This document shows, piece by piece, positions 53,615 through 64,000 of a stretch of DNA of 64,000 nucleotides. Each line of letters starts with the position of its first letter. Position 1 is the stretch's first letter. Origin of the DNA: the human T2T-CHM13v2.0 reference genome, Homo sapiens. Made by a program: the position numbers and the translations under genes. The DNA lies in assembly GCF_009914755.1 (NCBI RefSeq), contig NC_060932.1; one strand, given 5' to 3'. A model generated the notes under the pieces. That model was given only the letters and a program-made list of their open reading frames with translations. It was not told where the DNA came from and did no database searches.

Positions 53615-55020
53615 ATTGAAAAATGTGACAAACTAAAAAGCTTCTTGCACAGAAAAAGAAATAGTCAACAGAATAAACAGTCAACTTACAGAATGAGAGA
53701 AAATACTTGAAAATTGTGCCTCTGACGAAAGACTAACATACAGAATCTACAAGGAACTCACACAACAAGGAGAAAAACCCAACTGCATTAAAAATTGGGC
53801 AAAGGACATGAACAGTCATTTCTCAAAATAAGAAATAAAAACAGTTGTATAGTTTAGATACCGGTCTTCACCCAAATCACATGTTGAATTGTAATCTACA
53901 ATGCTGGAAGCGGGGCCTGGCGAGAGGTGTATGAATCATGGGGGTAGATCCCTCATGGTTTGGTGCTGTCTTCGTAATAGTGACTTATCATGAGAGCTAG
54001 TCATTTAAAAGTGTGTGGCACTCCCCTCTCCCACCACTCTCTGTCTCTTGCTCCTGCCCTGCCATGTGAGACGACTGCTCCCTGTTTACTTTCTGCCATG
54101 AGTAAAAGCACTCTGAGGCCTCCCCATAAGCCAAGCAGATTCCGGTGCCATGTTTCCTGTATAGCCTGCAAAACTATGAGGCAATTAAATCTTTTTTCTT
54201 TATAAATTAACCAGTCTCAGGTATTTCTTTATAGCAACACAAGACCAGCCTAATCCAAGTGACCAAAAACACATGGAAAAATGTTCAACATCACTAGTCA
54301 TGAGAGAAATGCAAATTAAAACTGCCATGGGATATCATGATGTTACACCAGTCAGAATGGTTATTATGATAAAGTCAAAAAACAACAGATATTGGTATGG
54401 ATGTGGAGAAAAGGGAACACTTATACACTGTAGGTGGGAACATAAATTATTACTTCAACCTCTGTGGAAAACAGTATGGAGATTTATGAGAACTAAAAAT
54501 GGAACTACCGTTTGGTGCAGCAATTTCAATACTGGGTATCTGACCAAAGGACAAGAAGTAATTACATATTTTTTAAATCTGCTCTTGTATGTTCAGTGTA
54601 GCACTATCCACAATAGCAAAGTCATGGAACCAAGCTAAGTGTCCATCAATGGTTGACTGGATAAAGAAAATGTGGGGCATATATATATTTTATATAATCA
54701 TGTTCTTTACAGCAAAATAGATGGAGCTGGAGGTCATTACCCTAAGTGAACTAAGTCAGAAGCAGATAAATACTGCATGTCCTCACTTATGTGTGGGAGC
54801 TAACAATGGGTACACATGGACATAAAGATAAAAATAATAGACACTGGGGACTTGAAATGGGGGAGATGATGGGGATAAGAGCTAAAAAATTACCTATCAG
54901 GTATAATGTATACTATTTGGGTAATGAGTACATTAGAAGCCCAGTCCCTACCAGTATGCAATATATCCATGTACTCCTTGAATCCAAAATAAAACAAATG
55001 TCTTTAAAAAAAAAATGAAA
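53615..55020 (+). mobile_element. L1MA1-3-like 3' part, split by MSTB LTR
   Basis: aaactaaaaagcttcttgcacag...gggcaaaggacatgaacag; resumes atgttcaacatcactagtcatgagagaaatgcaaattaaaac; 3' UTR aaaaattacctatcaggtataatgt. Confidence 0.88.
53845..54257 (+). mobile_element. MSTB-like MaLR solo LTR
   Basis: cccaaatcacatgttgaattgtaat...catttaaaagtgtgtggcac...cagtctcaggtatttctttatagcaacacaaga. Confidence 0.9.
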
Positions 55021-55103
55021 TGAGGTGGTTCAACTCTTGCTGCAACAGCTGTTAAAAGAAGTATAAAACCACTGTACCCAAAGATAAGTGCAGAGAACAC
55101 CAT

Positions 55104-55499
55104 CATATTAGTCCATTTGCAAGCTGCTGATGAAGACATACCCAAAACTGGGCAATTTACAAAAGAAAGAGGTTTAACTGGACTCACAGTTCCATGTGGC
55201 TGAGGAGGCCTCACAATCATGGAGGAAGGCAAGGAGGAGCAAATCACATCTTAGATGGATGGCAGCAGGCAAAAAAAAAAAAAAAAAAGAAAAGAAAAAA
55301 GAATACCTTATGCCCGGAAACTCCCTTTTTTAAAACCATCAGATCTCATGAGACTCATTGAGTATCATGAGAACAGTGCAGGAAATACCCGCCCCCATAA
55401 TTCAATCACCTCCCACCAGGTTCCTCCCATGACATGTGGGAATTGTGGGAGTTACAATTCAAGATGAGACTTGGGTGGGGACACGGCCAAACTGTATGA
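55104..55499 (-). mobile_element. THE1A/B solo LTR with perfect 5-bp TSD ACCAT and internal A-rich expansion
   Basis: attagtccattt...gctgctgatgaagacataccc...gggtggggacacggccaaac; accat at 55099-55103 and 55500-55504. Confidence 0.95.
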
Positions 55500-55639
55500 A
55501 CCATCTTAGATAAAATTGCCGTATTTTAAGAACAGAAACAATATTCATCGAAAAAATAGTCTTTCATGGTGAAATACTGACATTATTAAGCTGGGAATAA
55601 AATTTTGGTTTCATCCTTCCAGTATGGTCTTATTTATTT

Positions 55640-55820
55640 TACTTTCCTTCCCCTTCCTTCTTCCCTTCTTTCTTTCCATCCATCCTTATTTTCTTTCTTT
55701 GGGTCTTTTCAACTTCAATCTTTTTCTTCTGACTCTCTTTCTCTCTCTCTCCAGTTCTCTTTTTGTCTCTCATTTTCATTTTCTTTTTTCCTCTCTGATT
55801 TTCTTTCTTCTTTTCTTCAT
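55640..55820. repeat. CT-rich low-complexity polypyrimidine tract
   Basis: Nearly pure C/T on the + strand. Confidence 0.8.
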
Positions 55821-56313
55821 GGAAAATTATTACATTGACTTTGATCATTCATCACACAAATATTTGGGACATGCACTTATCCACCTTACTTCCAAAGTTT
55901 ATAAGATGTCAAAAAGAGAAAAAGAGATGCCAAGTTTCCTATGAATAGAGTTCTTTAAGAAAAATAAATTATAATAGTATAGATCAAATATTTTTAGTGT
56001 CTATGTCTTAGACTTTTGCAACTGCTTTTCCCTGTTCCCCTACTCCATTTTGTTTATCAGAAGGGATCTAAAGTTAAAGTTAAATTGTTACTGTCCTCCT
56101 TAGAAAACTTTCTTGGCTCCTCCTTTTTATAATTTAAAAAATGTCTAAACTGTTTTCTCAGGTATCAAACACCTTTTAGTTTGGTCTTATTACTTTTTCA
56201 ACCTCATGTCCTGCCACCACCAACACTACTAACAAAATTGAAATTATTTCTTATTCTTAAATATGTTTTATTGATATCAGTAGTTTATGTTAGAAAATAA
56301 TTAGCCCATGTGA

Positions 56314-56618
56314 AGCAAGGCAAGGTGGGTCATGCCTTAATCCCAGTGCTTTAGGAGTTCAAAGCAGGAGGATTGCATGAGGCAAGGCACTCAAGATCAG
56401 CCTGGGAAACATAGTGAGACCCCATCTCTACAAAAAAGAAAATTATCAGGGCAACTTGGTGTATGCCTGTAGTCATAGCTACTCACAGGGCTGAGGCAGG
56501 AAAATAACTTGAGCCCAGGGAGTTCCAGGCTACAGTGAGCTATGATTGTTGCCACTGCACTCCAATCAGGGCAAAAAAGAGAGACACTGTCTCAAAAAAA
56601 AAAAAAGAAAAAGAAAAG
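56314..56618 (+). mobile_element. AluJ (Jo/Jr-like)
   Basis: Diverged dimer with ttgagcccagggagtt...ggctacagtgagctatgatt and A-tail. Confidence 0.92.
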
Positions 56619-58711
56619 GAACAATTTCAAGACATTAAATGCAAATAAATACAAACAAATTACAATTACAGAAAAAAACCTGAATTACTACAGAAAGTTC
56701 TGGTTTCTTTAAAGAATTTAAGAAATTCTCACAAACTTTAGTATTGCAAATGGGGTAGATTTCTTAAATCATGTGAAAAGTCGAGAACAAAATATAATTT
56801 TTAAAAAAGGGCTTATTTATAAAAATGGTAAGGTTCATACACTTTAATCTTAGAGAATCCTGTATATCCCTCATCTTCAAAAAAATACAATTTAAAATGA
56901 ATTTAATGAAAATGAATAAGTTATTTTTATAATCACAGAAATTTTTAAATCTATACAAATATGATGATTTTCATACTCTACTTGTATTGTCCTCACATTT
57001 TCTGTCTATTATTATTGAAGGCAAAGCTGGAGTTCCAGATATAACTTTATCTTAGATTGCTTTTTGATAGTTGTTTGAAGACAAAAATCATGCCAAAGCA
57101 GCAAAATACTTTTTTAATTAAGCAAATAAAATATTGAAAATGGGAGATTTTTATGAAACTAAAAAATGATGAAAAATAACATGCACACCTAGATTCACTA
57201 GTGAATCCCTTGCTCAGTCATTCTTTGTCTCTGGAAAAAAAATAGTGATTGAGATTCCTCCCTGACCCTACATATCTGTGATACATGTTTCCACCTAGGG
57301 TATTGAACACTTTCAGGGAAATCCCTTTTCTCTACCTGCAGAAGTGGGAAAATTCTGATCACAAATTGAAAACTGTTGGGTAGTTGCTATTTTAGTGATA
57401 CAAATGAACAAGGCAAACCTTTGACATTTTGGTAGTGCTCAAAGTGATTCCCCATCCTTCACTTCGGTATGTAACATGGCCATTTCCAAAGGTGAACCAG
57501 TGCACACTCTCAGGAAAGGAACCAAACAATTCAAGAAGAGGAAAGCACATGCCTATTCAAATAAATTATAGAATAATTAAGAATAATCATTCTATTTAAC
57601 TATTAAACTATCCAGATAATGTTCTAATACTGCAAGGGTGGCAACAAGGAGATGTGAGGGCAGCCATTTTCCTCCTGCATAAAGGACAAAAATGTCTTCT
57701 ACTGCCGTTGTCTTTCATAAGTGCCAAGAAGACATCTTACTATGGAGTGTATGGGTTTGAGCCTCTAAACAGATCAAAGAAAATGGTCTGTTTTGATACA
57801 AAATATCATTTGATTTTAATTTACACTGCCATTTGTAATAACGGTTTTCATTTTAAATCTTTAGTCACAAACTACTAGATGATTTAGATGAAAATAGGAA
57901 TTTTGAAAGTCCACAAAATCCTATTCAACACTTATTTCTAACATCTCTATTATTCAGCTTGCCAATAAAATCCAGTTGCTTTATCTCTCTCTTCAAGAAT
58001 GAGAACTTTTTGTTTTCTTTCTCAGAGAGGAACTTAAAAAGTGATGAAGCAGTCTCACTTCATGAGATGGTGCCTTTTACACACCAGCTGTATCTGTGAG
58101 CTATTTGATTGCTAGAACCAATGGCCTGTGCTCTGCAGTGTGTAGTTATCTAAACATGGGGTAGATCCATTTTGCTTGCCCAAGGAGACAGACTACTGGG
58201 TCTTTATAATTTATTAAGTGTTAAAACCTACACGAAGTTATAATATGTAATCCTATTTTATTGCACAAGCAAAGAAGAGAGAAGAAAATTTTAGTTTAAC
58301 TACCTGACCTCTCGCAGAATTTGTCTGCTGTGATAAGATAAATTAAGTGTTCTCTCCGTTTCTCTTCAGTTTCATTTGCTCTGCTCCCAATAGTGTTTCA
58401 ACTTAACTTCTATCATTCAATGAAGTTTCAGAAAAGAAAACATTTGGCAGCCAATGGTGGGTGAATATTAGGAAAGGCAGACTCAGTTCTGATCTCCATA
58501 CAGTTCAAGGTAATTAAAGAGGCAAACACAAATAATTGTGCTCAAAGATCTTAAAATCAAGGTAACAACTAGAGAGTTCAATACTACTCAAGACTATGGT
58601 GGGCAAGAGAGTCTTCAAAATTATCATCTAATCTGCTGATGTTGACTCTGTCTTAGTAAGTTATAAGAATAGTTTGGATTTGCTATGGTAGCAAGCTTCC
58701 TGGGCATTAGG

Positions 58712-59305
58712 TTTTTATTTTTTATTTTATTATATTTTCATTGTTGTCGTTGTTTCATTTTTCCATAAGTTATTGGGGTACAGGTGGTATTTGGTTACAT
58801 GAATAAGTTTGTTAGTGGTGATTTGTGAGATTTTGGTGCACCCATCACCGGAGCAGTATATACAGCACCCTATTTGTAGTCTTTTATCCCTCGTCCCACC
58901 TCACTCTTCCTCGCAAGTCCCCAAAGTCCATTGTATCATTCTTATGCCTTTGTGTCCTCATAGCTTAGCTCCCACATGTCAGTGAGAACATACAATGTTT
59001 GATTTTCCATTCCTGAGTTATTTCACTTAGAATAATAGTCTCCAATCTCATCCAGGTCACTACTAATGCTGTTAATTCATTCCTTTTTATGGCTGAGTAG
59101 TATTCCATCATATATATATATAAACAGTTTCTTTATCCACTCGTTGATTGATGGGCATTTTGGTTGGTTCAACGATTTTGCAATTGTGAATTGTGCTGCT
59201 ATAAACATGCATGTGCAAGTACATTTTTTGAACAACAACTTTTTTTCCTCTGCGTAGATACCCAGTAGTGAGACTACTGGATCAAATGGCAGTTCTACTT
59301 TTAAC
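58712..59305 (-). mobile_element. L1PB1-like 3' end, interrupted by the younger L1PA
   Basis: ttccataagttattggggtacaggtggtatttggttacatg...ccccaaagtccattgtatcattcttatgcc. Confidence 0.92.
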
Positions 59306-59307
59306 GC

Positions 59308-64000
<4,693 letters not shown>

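Noticed and set aside
55605-55944. Hydrophobic F/L/S-rich ORFs resembling membrane proteins
   Set aside because: Translation of a CT low-complexity tract.

Overview
AT-rich, CpG-poor simian primate (human-like) genomic DNA, intergenic or deep intronic. I find no intact protein-coding gene, RNA gene, CpG island or prokaryotic-type system. The long ORFs are broken LINE-1 ORF2 remnants or read-throughs of Alu, LTR or simple repeats. Much of the window is recognisable interspersed repeat: two L1PA copies (11.2-14.2 kb +, 59.3-64 kb -), older L1PB/L1MA/L1ME, HAL1, L2, MIR, Alus, a complete two-LTR MST (MaLR) element with TSD, solo LTRs (MLT1, MLT2, THE1, MSTB, LTR40, LTR16, MER68) and DNA-transposon relics (Tigger3a, MADE1, MER5, MER104). 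The most unusual structure is a ~475-bp inverted duplication of apparently non-repeat DNA (32504-33287 / 34073-34547, ~93% identical by hand count) around a 785-bp spacer, with an Alu in one arm and its empty site in the other. Also notable are a spacer-less inverted Tigger3a pair, a 61-bp locally templated copy of a decayed L2 segment, several two-copy tandem duplications and three + strand exon-like segments. Repeat names are from recalled consensus sequences, not a database search, so subfamilies and boundaries of old elements are approximate.
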